This document shows positions 37,290 through 50,189 of a stretch of DNA of 64,000 nucleotides, piece after piece; the first letter of the stretch is position 1; each line of letters starts with the position of its first letter. The stretch spans positions 124,001-188,000 of the forward strand of contig AP026130.1 in NCBI GenBank assembly GCA_030295235.1, given 5' to 3'. This stretch comes from Fistulifera solaris (lineage: Eukaryota). The notes under the pieces were generated by a model. It was not told the origin of the DNA. It was given only the letters and a program-made list of their open reading frames with translations, and ran no database searches. A program made the position numbers and the translations under genes.

Positions 37290-37743
37290 AGTGCTCTATG
37301 TGAATTTTTGTAAGCGGCCACGGTCGGTTTTGCTGCAAACGGGGTGCCCAGCCAATCGGCTTGAATAAGTTTTGTACTTTGCTTTTTGGATAGATTTGTA
37401 ACTAATTGTATGTGCAATAGTAAGTTTAGGTATGCTTTGTAACAGCAGACTGCTTTCTTTCGTTGATACTTTTATAAAACGAATGTTGTTTGGAGAAGAA
37501 ATATCTACCGAAACATGCTAGTTGCCGCTTCATCATTGGGACAAACGACCGCAATCGCGACAGTAACGAGAAATCACGAGGACCAGAAAATGAGTCTAGC
37601 GAGGTCTAGAGGGTTTCACACTATCGTTCTCTTTCTTTGTAATCTCGAGCCTCCTTATATGTGAAAATAATCAAGCAGTTCTTGCAAAACACACCTCAAT
37701 TGTTTATTAACTTCCACGATATTCATCCTTTAACTCTACCTGG

Positions 37744-38652
37744 TTACTCTTCCGGCGGTGCTTGGTTGACTATAGCGCGACGGTAATCCACAATCTGCTG
37801 CGCGAGATCCGCTTTTTCCGACTGAACGGCTTCTAATTGTCTGCTCCACTTTCGTTGTTGATTTTCGAATAGCGTGCGTACGGAGTCGGGATTCTGACAA
37901 AGTTCCAGATACCGTTTCTTCGATACCCGCTTCAGTTGGCTCACGTCACTGCCATCTCGCTGACAGATGTTGAAGGCACAGCCTTTCAAACTGGCGCAGG
38001 GGCCGCAATAAATCTGTTGAAGATTCGACGAAGCCAGGAACGTTCCCCGACACTCTTTTGACGCCAGTTTCCATCCAGTTTTCTTCTCTAAAACAAAATG
38101 AAGTTCATTGGCACCCACGCTTTTGATGCAGTCCGGAAGATCAAAGGAAGTCGGCAGTGTTTCGCCCAATTTCATCGTTTGCAATGGACCCGCCAGAAAG
38201 CTTTGTTTGAAAAGGTTATCGAACTTATCACCGCGAAATCCTTTGCAAGTTATAAACGTCGGAGCTTTCGGTTTCGGTGATACGGTTTCACGATAAAGGT
38301 ATGCGTTAATTGTTTGAACGTGGTCAATGATGGATTCGACAGGAAGGTCGATGGTGGGTAGTGACCAATCCGCAGAACGGTCGGTTACAAACAAGGCTCG
38401 ATCGATATCCGACCGGATATAATATCGGTACTTCTCTTTCCCGTACGGCTGAGATTTGAGCAATAGTGAGCTTTTGTACTGAAAAGCTTCTTTGATATGT
38501 TTACTAGTCAACTGGGGCGAAACGCTCAGTTGAATGACAAAGATCGTTCGAATCTCATCCGGACAAAGGTAATCATTCATGGGGAATTGCAAGAAGATTT
38601 GAACTATAGCCACGCGGAAAGCATCAAGTTCTTTTTTCCATTGAGGATCCAT
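37744..38652 (-). CDS. Hypothetical protein (302 aa) with a Cys cluster and C-terminal coiled coil
   Basis: Intact ORF containing TCKGF...SKECRG...YCGPCASL, then heptad-like region. Confidence 0.65.
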   Translation of the reverse strand: MDPQWKKELDAFRVAIVQIFLQFPMNDYLCPDEIRTIFVIQLSVSPQLTSKHIKEAFQYKSSLLLKSQPYGKEKYRYYIRSDIDRALFVTDRSADWSLPTIDLPVESIIDHVQTINAYLYRETVSPKPKAPTFITCKGFRGDKFDNLFKQSFLAGPLQTMKLGETLPTSFDLPDCIKSVGANELHFVLEKKTGWKLASKECRGTFLASSNLQQIYCGPCASLKGCAFNICQRDGSDVSQLKRVSKKRYLELCQNPDSVRTLFENQQRKWSRQLEAVQSEKADLAQQIVDYRRAIVNQAPPEE

Positions 38653-38683
38653 GCTAAATAATGATCATGCAGCGAGACTTTGA

Positions 38684-38718
38684 TTTTTTTTTTTTTTATT
38701 TTTTTTTATTTTTTTTTT
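38684..38718. repeat. Interrupted poly(T) tract (poly(A) on the minus strand)
   Basis: About 33 T in 35 nt; the only long homopolymer in the window. Confidence 0.9.
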
Positions 38719-39002
38719 GAAGGCTATCTCTTGATTTGTTTGTGCTGATAGAAAGAAAACAAAACTGCTGCCACGGCGATGATAACACACACACGATGAC
38801 GCGAACCCCGCAATCATGATGAGTGGTGAGTTGTGTCGTACCAGTACCGGATAAATAATGAGCATGGCTGGCGGCGCGCGCTTGACAAGACTTGTTGCCT
38901 CCATTTTTTTGTCTTGCAAGAACGATCTTCATTTTTTTTGTTCTTTCCGAACGAACGGTTCTAAAAACGAAACGGGTGCACTTGCTTTCGCATAGAAGCA
39001 AA

Positions 39003-39572
39003 ATGGGAAGTGACGAAATCCGGCGTCGTGTACGTGAGCGTCATGCTCATCGGATTCATCCGAAACAGCCGCTCAAGGTCGAACAATACGCACCATCGCG
39101 TCACGGATTAGCGAAGGAGCACGCGTTTAGTTTGACAGCGGATACGAGTGCGAGCACCGAGAATTACACTTTGAACCGTACTCAGGCGCTTAGAGGAGAT
39201 GAGAGCAGCAGGAGATACCATTCTTTCCAAACGCCCAGGCGCTTCGGCAAGCCGGACATTTTAGACCTGTCACAAGATTCGCTTCCAGCGGGAGCTGCCC
39301 GAGGAAGATCCTTCTTGCATACATCCGTTGCAGAATTCCCATCACTACAATTCCAGAAAATTCCACGTCTCCCAGCGGACCGCAACAATCTTTCAATGGA
39401 TTTGAACAACCCGATGGCGCCAGCGAACGAGTTTCGAATACCTTTGGGTAGTTTACCAAACGAGTCATTTGAATTCTCGGCGATTGCGACAGACGTTTCT
39501 CGTACTACCAATCGAACGTTCGATTTCGATGACGACATGCCCGACGATGAAAGGCATGCCTCCAGTCTCTAA
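39003..39572 (+). CDS. Hypothetical protein (about 189 aa)
   Basis: ATG at 39003 (MGSDEIRRRVRERH); no recognisable domain. Confidence 0.5.
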   Translation: MGSDEIRRRVRERHAHRIHPKQPLKVEQYAPSRHGLAKEHAFSLTADTSASTENYTLNRTQALRGDESSRRYHSFQTPRRFGKPDILDLSQDSLPAGAARGRSFLHTSVAEFPSLQFQKIPRLPADRNNLSMDLNNPMAPANEFRIPLGSLPNESFEFSAIATDVSRTTNRTFDFDDDMPDDERHASSL

Positions 39573-39765
39573 GGGAACATCGGTCTCGGCGATGATCAAT
39601 TTTTTCACGGTGCACTTTTGGACCAAATTTACGCCTTGTATCTTCTCACGAATGACCATTGAATCAAGTAATTCTGTCACCGTTGAACAATCTTAGCTGT
39701 GTTTTGTTATATTTAATGCAGTTGAGCTTTTTTGACATTGCTAAACATCATCTTCTTGTTCCTTG

Positions 39766-42700
39766 TCAGCGTCCTATTCGCGAGGTAGAGGTGAAAAGTA
39801 GGAGACTGTCGGCGTGTGATATCTTCGTTACTCCTCTACTCCCATTCCATGTCGCGACACCTGCGCCATTCAGCACCATATACTTGTTATCAGTACGCGA
39901 GTAAAGATCCTCGTTGATTTGTTCAAACCCCTCAGGTGCAACGTGTCGGCGCTCTCGTTCATAAAGGGCGGGAAGACTGGAACGATGGGTCTCGTCATCG
40001 CTTATAACAGAAATACCTAGTTTGGCAGATTTTTCGACAAACGAGGGACCTCTTCATTGTCAATCAATTTCCTTCTTTCAGCAAATCGGTCTGTCGGAAT
40101 AGTATCCGGAACTTTGGACAATAGAAAGATTTGGTCAGCAATCGATAGTTCCGACGCTCCATCGAACTCAGATGCATAGAGCTTCAAAGAATCCTCAGTT
40201 GTTAGATCGCTTCGTCGGCATTCTTTTCTCGAATAGTCCAAGATTTCGCTGTATTGATTTTCTGCTGCAGTTAAATGCTCCAGTCCGCGATTGATTGTAT
40301 CGCGTACGCCTGTAGCATATACACCGCGGCGGCGTAGCTCGGTTTCAACGACACGCGGTCCACCGCCATGTACCAATGCACTATCATGGGCGTTAAATTG
40401 TTCTTGTATAGTAGTTGCAACCTCGATAGCTGAATGCATCTTTGAAAGTCCTTCGTAATTCCCAGAACAAATAATTTCGCCCAAATGCGAGTTTTCATCC
40501 AGCTAGCCAGCACGCAAACTTTAGAGGTCAGGAGCGTTCGAGCAATTAAAGCTAAGCATTTGACTCACCTTGTGAATACCGTACACATCATCTGAGCTTA
40601 AGCTGAAGTCGTGCAGACAACGCTCGAATTCTCGAACCTTTTCTTCGTCAAAGTAAGCAGGTTTGTAGGCATCAACGTTAGACGATAGATAGTGCTGATA
40701 CTGCTTTTTGCGTCGAATCAAAAATTCCGTTTCTTCTTGCACGGGACTCCCAACAAATGTAGAGTCGACATTAACGTCGGTTCGCTTCGCATGATAGTCT
40801 GAGAATCGTTTCAACGTCGAATCAAAGCATGGCGCGTAACCGTGAACATTAGTAAATTCCGTAACAGATTGAACCACTTTGTTTTTCTTAGAAGATAAGT
40901 CAAGAGAGCTTTTAATTTCTGGTGTTCTCGAAACAACACGAAGAAGTTCTCCACCTTCTCCTTCCTCATTTCCGCCCTCACCGTGCTGCAAGGAATGTGA
41001 GCGTCGCACCGGAGTTGACCAAGCCTTGGAAAAGTATCGATCGTATTGGCTGATTGTCTCTGGCTGATACTGCCGTTCGAATCGAGGTCTAACTTCTCCG
41101 TGGAAATCTTGTTGCGTTGAGCGCATCCACATTCTTTGCTGGATGCTACTTTGAAGGGCGTGCTTCCACCATAAGGACAAAGCCTCGTTCTGAGACTCCA
41201 GACGCTTTCGTACTAACTGCACATTTTTCGCTTCGTCGCCTTCATTTTCTTCGAGCAAAAATTGATCTCCTGTCGACGCATCAAACTTGTCTCGTCCTGC
41301 AGATGCTGGGGGACTGGTCATGCCGTCGCTACTTTCATCTTTCCACGCCACACCATAAGCGCGTTGATACATTCCCATTGAACACCAACTACCGAATCCC
41401 ACTTTAGAGTCGTAATTATGAAGATAGTAGTCTGTTTCCATTTCCCAAAGAGGTACCGCGTGACGGTATGGAAGGTAGTATCCGAGAAATAAATTCCTAC
41501 AACGGTAATTAGAGTGGTTTGCAAAACAAGAACTGGCGCTATCCTAAGAGACGACTTACATCGCATCTTGCTTCAATCGATCTGTAAAGGCATTGCTGTA
41601 GTATCTTCTGATTGATGTTAAGAGCTCTTTATGCTTTGATCATAAAGTATGTCGACAGTCAGAAAAGAAAATCAAGATCAACTTTGAAGGGGGGATATTC
41701 GGTGCCTACCTTTCCCATCGGGCCACTAATGCTTAACTCAGGACGATCTGCGGTCACTTTTTTATGAGCCTCTGAGCCTCCGTATTGCAGTGCAATGTTG
41801 TCGCCAATTTCAACATACATATCAATAAGGACGCGAACGATGTTGGACGAAGGACTTAGCTTAGCTCGGGACCGGATACCCATTACAACCAGCTGCTGAC
41901 TAATGGCCTCAACCCCCGCGCTGAATTGCGCAACATTCGTCCGATCTAGACAGCTGCGCAACAGAACGAATCATTTAGTAAGACCTACAGCGCACATTGG
42001 ACACAGTAGAAAAGATACTCACTCAATGCAATTGGTTCGGAGGACACCGGTTTGTTCCATGGGAAAGACCACAATTCCCAGGTGTTCTGCGAGACTTGTC
42101 GAATACTTGCAATCCTCCTTCGTGAAGGGCTTTAAAACTCCTTCTTCTGTAATTTTCCATTTCGGAGCTGAACAGAAAAATCCTGTCTGGTTGACTGCCC
42201 ATGTCGATACTTCATTCAACGAAGAACTCACGTCCAAGTGCCGATGTTTGCTGATATGACTATAGTCGCACGCACAATATTGAATCTTATGGCGGTCATC
42301 AATCGTTGCATTAATGTAGTCGACAGCCCGTCTATACTCATCCCCTACTCGAACCTCCCTTTGCCGCTTCTCACTTTGCTTCACCAAGTCCAAAACAAGG
42401 ATAGGACTGGAATATCGAACAAGTAGATCTTCAAAGTGCAGTCGCGTGGAAGTGTAGGTAGGATCGACTCGGTTGACTTCAATCGGTGGCTTGGGCATGG
42501 TGACGCTACTTTCTTGGGACCAGAACGTCGGAATCGACCCGCGCACCTGAATGTACGACGAAAACGTACCAGACGGCATTCTCGAATCATCGTGAATAAT
42601 CTGTTCATGTTCGACATCATTTGCAACCTTTCCCTGTTCACTGACACCACGTTTCAAGTATCGAGTTCCCGCGAAATGCCGAGATCTCCTAGCCAGTAGC

Positions 42701-43838
42701 GTTATATCCAGAACTCGGCCATAATCATTGACCCTTCGTTGTACGAAAGCACCGTGAATCATCGGGTTGACCCAGTAAAAACTAGTCATGACATCCAAAC
42801 AAGCCTCAAATTCCCGAGTAAGAAAGAAGTTCCACATAAACATTTCTTTGGATGGAGGTGGCGGAAGTGGTTTTGTCGTAGTCAACAAGAAATTCTCCTG
42901 CAGACTCCGGGTCAAGTCGTACGTGTAAGAGAAAAAGAAATGCTTCGAAAAGTCCATGACTTGGTACAGCCCCTGATACCGCAGTTCCGCAATCTCTCGA
43001 TTGGTGAGTCCCAAGCCGACACTCCGCTTTCCTCGATTCCACATAGACAAAAGCACCGATGACGGATCCGCAGTATCATCCTCACGGTGAATTGCACTCT
43101 TCTCCGCCGGCTTGAGAGGAATTGTTTCTGTGTTCTACGAATTCAGGACTTAGAAAGTCGGATTTTGGGGAATCGTACACAAGTATTGTTCTTCGGAATC
43201 TTACCTTGATGGTGTAAATATTGTTGCCACCAATGGAACCGACTTTGGCCCGTCGGGTGATCAATGTCAAATAGTAACAGTCGAGAAAACGCACAAAGCC
43301 CACAATCCCGTACGCCTTAACCAAAGGCTTCAAGCCTCCACTGTTCGCAGTATCTTCACCGGGACGTCGATCACCGTGGCTCATCACCCGGTTGCCATCA
43401 TCAATCATATCCAACATGTCACGTATTTCTTCCTGAGAATATGTCTGCGAATCTTCGGACAAAAAAATCCGAGAGAGGTCGGAGCGTTGGCTTGGGCAAA
43501 TGACTATTATCCGCAGAAGCGGTTTCCGCATCGCCATTGGGATCGAGTGGCGGGTGCACGGTGGGTTGCGATTGCGGGCGATCAATGAGAGTGCGATCCA
43601 TTTTTAACACGCGAAAGACAGTGTTTGCTTTATTTCCTCCTATGAGATAGTAGCACTGATTCGTACTGAATAGTTCAAAGCGTTCCAGTTTCTCAAAATA
43701 GGGGTCTAGAGAAGGTTCCTTGATTATTTCCGGTCGTTCTAACGGAGTACGGTTGCCCGTCTCGTGCGAGTGTTGCAACTGTGACGATGATTCATTTTCA
43801 GGAACAAGCGAGTTTTCCGAAGTAGCATCCATCGCCAT
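39766..43838 (-). CDS. FIG4: Polyphosphoinositide phosphatase FIG4/SAC3; introns at about 43135..43204, 41954..42022, 41634..41709, 41497..41559 and 40503..40568; 3' end uncertain
   Basis: YGIVGFVRFLDCYYL, FFFSYTYDLTRSLQ, ARRSRHFAGTRYLKRGV, VANDVEHEQ, RGSIPTFWSQ, catalytic RTNCID|CLDRTNVAQ, GDNIALQYGGS, RRYYSNAFTDRLKQDA. Confidence 0.93.
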
Positions 43839-44476
43839 CCTTTCGTTTGTATTCTCTTCAGCAAATTAGTATTTGAAAGAGCATTTCTAATAATCTATGT
43901 CTTCTTGGAAGCCTATAGAGACTATAATCAAGAATATCATGGACGCCTTTTTCGTTTGAGCATCGCGCACCGCATCATTTTTCTTCGGCAGCAATGACAA
44001 TACACTCAGGTACTTGTACAACAAGGTTAATGTTAACTGGTGCACGCGAGCCTGTCCGCTCTTTCTTTGAACGGTCTTCCCGCGCCGGACGACACTCACT
44101 GAACCAGTAAACAGACACGAATCAAACCGTCTTTGATCCGCGCCATGTACATAATTTTCTACACTGCATTGTGGAGGGAAAACTCCGCAGAATGTTTCCA
44201 ATCGTGCCCCATCGTAACCCAGTGACCAATGCTATTAATGCTATGTTTGTTAAACTAAGTCGAAGCATCGTTGATAAACGCTAAACCAATCTAGATCTTT
44301 TAACATAATACTCTGAAACAATCCGTAGTTCGTTGCAGACAACTACAGCATGGAACAGCAAACTGTCCTTTGACGCGCTGATATTTTGCTAGCTCACGAC
44401 ATTCAATACCTAGTTTGACTTTATAAAGGAATAATATTCAAGAGTCCCCCACAACGCTCCGATTTCCAATCAGACG

Positions 44477-45420
44477 TTAGAACGGGTGCTGTTGCGTCGA
44501 ATGAATGATATCATCAAATTCCGTGTCGAGAAGATCCCCCTGAAACAAATCAAAGTCATGAAAGTTAGGGTCCAAAGGGTCCAGAGGCCGGCTACCAATC
44601 GACAAACGCCGTGTCGTATGCCGTCCATAATGAGCTTGTGAATAATGGTAGGGAATCAGAGGCGGGCTCAACGGCGGCTGAATGGGATAACGAGGAGCTT
44701 GCGGCGGAAACGTGTAGGGCCCGCCCTGAAACGTCCCCCTGCTGCCAAGGATCAACCCGAACAGGACTGTGAAGTATAGTATCATGATAAGAAGGATATG
44801 AAAAGAATGTGTTGGACCCCTGCGGAGAAAGTACAGTAAGACGCCTGCGCTTATGCCGATCGGGGGATTCGTGGCTACGGGGTGTCGACGATGACCAAGA
44901 GGGAGTCACCGACTGGAGAACTGGCGTCGCTTCGTTCACAATTCCAGCTCGACGAGGCACCGACGACGATTCCACTTCCAACGGTACGGATGCCATCTTT
45001 ACCTTCTCGTTGGTTGATTCTGGTTCATCGGAGGATCCTTCGAGCTGAGCCACCGCATCGCGAAGGACTTGGCTCGCCTTCTCTCGGGCAGTGTCTTCTC
45101 CAGCTTCTTCCCACTTTCCTGTGGCCTGATCTTTTTCAAAAACCTGATAGTGAAGCGTTGTGAGTTGCTAGAAAGAAATGTACAATTTACGAAGCCACCC
45201 GAATATCGACGCACCTCGCCGGAGGATCCAGCTCACGCATTTGCTTGACGAGAATCCTCGACAAAATCGATTTCCCCTTTTTCGACGATGTATTGTATTT
45301 CCTCGCCTGAACGCGTGCGAAAGCCCGAAGCTTTTCATTCCCACTATGCTGATTATTCTTGCCCCCGCGGCCTAAAAGGATGTCGTTTTCGCTCGGTTGG
45401 ATGTCCTCCTTGCTGGACAT
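44477..45420 (-). CDS. DUF6824-type protein (diatom-expanded family); intron 45144..45214; frameshift near 45135; 3' end 44592 or 44477
   Basis: PSENDILLGRGG..NQHSGN..R...KY....K.KS..S...V..., PAR|FLKK....WEE.....AREKASQVLRD after adding one A. Confidence 0.75.
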
Positions 45421-47079
45421 GACCTTGCAAAGGTACGGCTTCCTTTCCGGCACCAACCGTTCCGAAAGATCCGCGTTTCTCCCAAAAAAGTGTTTGACAC
45501 CCGATGTTGAATGGAAACCGTAATGAGTGGCATGCATCTGCCGGATGGAGGCAAAAAGAGAGTGTGTGTGAGTGATGATGTTCTGTCGCGGCGGTGTGAA
45601 TGTTTTTGCTCTCTTTTTGGTGTGACCGATGCAGAGCGCCGCAGAAAATGCCCCCAAGTGGAGAACGAGTTCTGCGCATGCCGTCATCGCAAGAGAAAGC
45701 AAGACTGTCTACCGAACGAAATTACTTAGCAATACCGGTTGTCCGGCGCGGTACTGAAAGGTGCGGTTTTGGTTCGTGGAGCTGCTCCACCATGTGAATC
45801 AAGGACGAAAAAGTCATCTTTCGCAACATCCATTGCTTTTCATTTATTGTCCGCTCAACGCCAGCTTCATAAAATAGAAGAAGACACAGCTCATACATAT
45901 CCATAGAGAGTCTCGTTGTATTTTATGCGATAGAGAAAAGACCCACACGATCTTTCAGCGACTGTTGGCATTGACAGCACACAAGCACTCAAAAAACAGA
46001 TATCCTTCACAACTGCACCTACCTTTCAATCTTTCGTCTTCGATCTTTTCTTAACTCAAGCTACCTCTCCCTTTTTCAATTGTGAGAATATGATTCATTT
46101 ATCAAAACGTGTCTTTGATGTGGCGAATGAGTTCTGATGTTTACGGAGGGAAGGAAGGAATATGTGAGTGGATCCGGAGCGCCGAAATAATCCTTGCGAG
46201 AGATTGTGATTCAATGGTGGCCACGTTGATGAAGATCGTGTCGTGTCACCATTTCGGAGACGGGGAAATGATCGGATAGCGGAAGAATGATAAGGTCGCG
46301 AAAGACGCGAAACGCGTTCTCATGAGATAGAAAAGACCGTCTTTCGGCGACAGCCACCGGCACTTTTGAGAATGACCATTGGCACGATTGATGGGAGTTC
46401 GGCTCGATCCGTGTTCACGGCTTTGAGACTGAGACAAATTAATGGTGTGCAGGAACAGTAGGTCCTGAATTAGCGATGTACAAGTTCGCTACTTTGGGTG
46501 TCAATTAAAGTGACCTATTCCGAAGGCATATTATTTGACCCTCATGAAAAGGGGAATCATGTTTGTTGTGAGCCTTAAACATTTTGATCGGGCTTAGGTC
46601 GTGGATTTTTGAACCAACGCGCATTGATCGTTGTTCGAAAAGTGTTTACAGCTCATAGCAACTATTGCCTTTATCACACTCGGCGATCCACACTACTAGA
46701 GACAAGCTTGAAATAAGGAACTTGTTGTCCGTTGCTACAACGACTCATCAGAACACACATGACGTTCTAGCATGCAAAAATTCGGAATTCTAAATAAATA
46801 AAGCGCGTCATCAACTCGCTATTCCGTCGTTCAAGGTCACGTTTCTCTGTCATTGGCTTTCGAGTTTCGAGGCTAGAGTACAGGACAACCGCCAGTCACC
46901 AGCTCAAGTGTCACCATTGCCCTTGTAGTTGTACGTATTAAAGTGAGAATATTGAAGCAAAAATGCTGACGACCCTTTGGATCGCAAACCAGGACATGGA
47001 ATTGTGTCTTTGAATTTGTTCTCCAGATAATGTCTCATATCCATCCGTTCTGCAGGATCTAACCGATATCTCTTGCTAT

Positions 47080-47945
47080 TTACAGACTTTTCAGGTTATC
47101 GTCACCTTTGTTCTTTGCACTATTGCGGGTCTCGTCTTTACGAAAGAAAATAGGTGCCGCCGCCCTAAAATAGACGCTCCCACTCGTTACCGTAATAATC
47201 ATGCATGCATATAACATGAGCATGGCGGGAAAGTACAAGCTGGCAAATGCACCACTCTTTGTCTTGTCAACTAACAAAAGCATCGTCAATGCTACCATAG
47301 TCAATGCCGTCTTGACTTTTCCTTGAAAACCTACTTGCACTGCATCTCGTTGACCCCGCTGAGCCATCCACTCGCGCAATGCAGACACGGCGATTTCGCG
47401 CGCCAGAATAATTGCGGACGGTAACCCCACTATCGCTCCGTAACGTCCCGACAATAAGATCAGTGCCGTCGAGACCATGAGTTTATCCGCGACTGGATCC
47501 AGAAAGGCACCGAAATCGCTGGTTATATCCCATCGCCGCGCGAGATAACCATCCCACCAATCCGTAATGGAGGCCATGGCAAAAAGAAAGGTTGTAGCAG
47601 TGTGTTGTTGTGGTAGATAGAACAAAAGGCGAGTCCTGGAATAGCCAAGCATCTCATGTACGTCAACCAATTGGGCAATCGTTCCCAGGGAAATTGAGGA
47701 AATTGACGACGAAGAGGACCGGGCGGAGGAGCACGACTTCCTAACTTGGATGAATGATTTGCTAGATATAGAGGAAAGGAAGCTGTCTTCGGTGAAAACT
47801 TCTCAGAGATAGTCGGCGACGAGCTCGATATTAATGTAGAAGTTCCATGAGAAGTGAGATGCTTTCCTATCGCAAACGCGTGACACGTAGGACTGAGAAG
47901 CGCCATCGTCAACCAGGTGTGAAAGGAGACTTGGAGAACCTTCAT
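47080..47945 (-). CDS. pgsA: Plastid-targeted CDP-diacylglycerol--glycerol-3-phosphate 3-phosphatidyltransferase (PGP synthase); frameshift near 47625
   Basis: Presequence TCHA-F; LPNWLTYMR; TDWWDGYLARRW..TSDFGAFLDPVADK; REIAVSALREW; GKVKT. Confidence 0.92.
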
Positions 47946-48337
47946 TCAAGAACTGAATTCTCACTAAATTGTTTTACGTTCTAAAGAGGTGAACGAATCG
48001 TATCAAGAATCATCGTGTCTTTTTTCGATTGTGTTTTGATTGGAGGGAATGATCTGTCCGTTTGGATGCAAAATTTGATGCCAACCACTTGCGTGCCAAA
48101 TAAGACCACTCATTTCGCTATAGTACAGAGCGACATGTGTATCCTTATCCTTAAAGATGAAATGGACCAAGCGTCAGTCCGTCCACCCGCCACGCGCTTC
48201 ATCTCCTCTCGTCTCTCGTCCGCGTTTTTGTTTGTTCGCCGCCAATTGATCATGATCTTATGATTTATTGCAACTCTGTCATCCCCTTTCGTTGACTACA
48301 GCAATCTTATTTTCATTTCCATAGCTTCTATCAAAAC

Positions 48338-48620
48338 ATGCATTTGATGTATTACATGGACGGCAGCGGTAAGCGCGTTTACACGCTGAAGGTACGAAGC
48401 GCATACAAAACATGATCTCGAAACAATAGAATAAACGAACGTTCTCTCACCGACTGGTTTGTTCTGCATTATATTACAGAAAGAGAACCCTCAAGGCAAA
48501 GTGACGGAAAGTGCTCACCCGGCACGATTTTCACCGGATGATAAATTCAGTTCACAACGGGTGGCATGTAAAAAGCGATTCGGACTGTATCTTCCCGATC
48601 AACCACAAAAACCTTTATAA
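48338..48620 (+). CDS. NOP10: H/ACA snoRNP subunit Nop10 (64 aa); intron 48392..48479
   Basis: Spliced translation [64 protein letters not shown]; not in the ORF track. Confidence 0.96.
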
Positions 48621-48896
48621 ACAGAATTCGAAAATTGAATTGAATGATATTGCAACTTTGTAAACAAACGTACAAGGAAATGTAACAGATGTCAAACAAA
48701 TAATTATTAAGCAATCCCAGCGCACGTACTTTTTATTTTAAAATAAAACGACCGATAGGGCCGAATTCATCTTTTGTTGCCATCCATTTATATCGCTACG
48801 GCATGTTGTATATTGCATGCTGGCAATTTAATACTCCTGAGACATTTTCATTCTTCTCTGGATGCCCCACGAGAAAGGACGTGTTCGGTAGCACTT

Positions 48897-49244
48897 TTAT
48901 TCTCGCTTGCGCTTTTTCGCCGCAGGCTCTCCACCTTTGCGTGCCGCCACGGCGGCCTCCATTTTTCGTTTCTGCACAGCTACTTTCTGAAAGACTGGTG
49001 CCGATTTGAGCAAATTGGGCAAGACGATGAATCGAATGGAGTTTCCTCGTAAATACATGCTCGACAATTTGGAGATTTGTCCGGTTTTGGACGTCCGCAG
49101 CACTTCCGATAAGCTGAGATTCATTGTGTCTTCAGCCCCCAACAGTAAGCCGCGATAGATTTCACCATTTTTCATTTCTACAGTTATTTTCATGCCTTCG
49201 GCTTCAAACAGTAATTTGACGGGGACGCCGACGCTGTTGCTCAT
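48897..49244 (-). CDS. SMD3: Small nuclear ribonucleoprotein Sm D3
   Basis: VGVPVKLLFEAEG, GEIYRG.L..AEDTMN, YLRGNSIRFIVLPNLLKSAPVF. Confidence 0.92.
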   Translation of the reverse strand: MSNSVGVPVKLLFEAEGMKITVEMKNGEIYRGLLLGAEDTMNLSLSEVLRTSKTGQISKLSSMYLRGNSIRFIVLPNLLKSAPVFQKVAVQKRKMEAAVAARKGGEPAAKKRKRE

Positions 49245-50189
49245 GATGCGGTAGATTGCGTTTTGGTTTGAATTAGATGTTAAAACAGATGCGTCTGTAT
49301 AAGCGTATCGAGTCAACGCGTTAAACGACGAATAAAGGAATGTGTCGCGGAATGAATACAAGAGGAAAGTCAGCAAGAAATTTAAAAATACAGATTTCCT
49401 ACTGGTTTGCAGCGTTATTTCCTTGGTTTGCACTCGAAACAATCTATCATTGAGCTCACAACGGGCGACGAGTTACTTGCAGCAGTATAGCTGCTGCTGC
49501 GGCATGTGTGGGGTGTAATGCGTTGCCAAAAAATCTGTTTGAAATCATCACGCACACGGAGATTCAGTGGGAGATGAGACACACGGATATTCTGTGGGTT
49601 ACGTGTCTTTGCGTCATCAGAAAATCATGGCGAGCATTATTTACAGACACACGGAATTTCTGCAATGGGAGTCTTTGATAAACCAGAAAATCTGGGGGTG
49701 CATAATTCTCAAGCAAGCGGAAATTGACCTAACTTGCTTGCAGTCCCGTTATTTTAGGCAAGCTACACGCAATTTTGACCTTGCATTACGAGTTTCCTAT
49801 CTCAACAAGCACTTTTTTAAATGCGTCTTTTACAAATCCATCAATTTATAGTTTACCGCATGCTAATGGTTTTGAGAGTTTCTGTCCGCTAGAAAAATAA
49901 TTGAGCCAACCGCTGGATCTTTGTGTGGTAGGTGGAAGTCGCATCTGAGCGTCGTGGTCAATTACCTTCATTAATGTTATTTCTCCGTAGTTGCAGTTGC
50001 TGGACGGAGGTCGATGCTTTCATAGACTGCCGGTTTTTCTATTGCATCTCCGCTCCACGCTAACTAATGTTGGTTCTTTTCGCATTCAACAAGATATATA
50101 AGCAAAGACACCGCGGTGACATTCCGTGATTGTAATTAAGCAACACAAAAGAGCAGCTACAAGTAATATAAACAATTGTTTTCTTCTTC

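Noticed and set aside
45720..47070. Long intergenic stretch with short ORFs (e.g. 46246..46437)
   Set aside because: No recognisable motif, repeat or RNA gene. Probably promoter or UTR of the DUF6824 gene.
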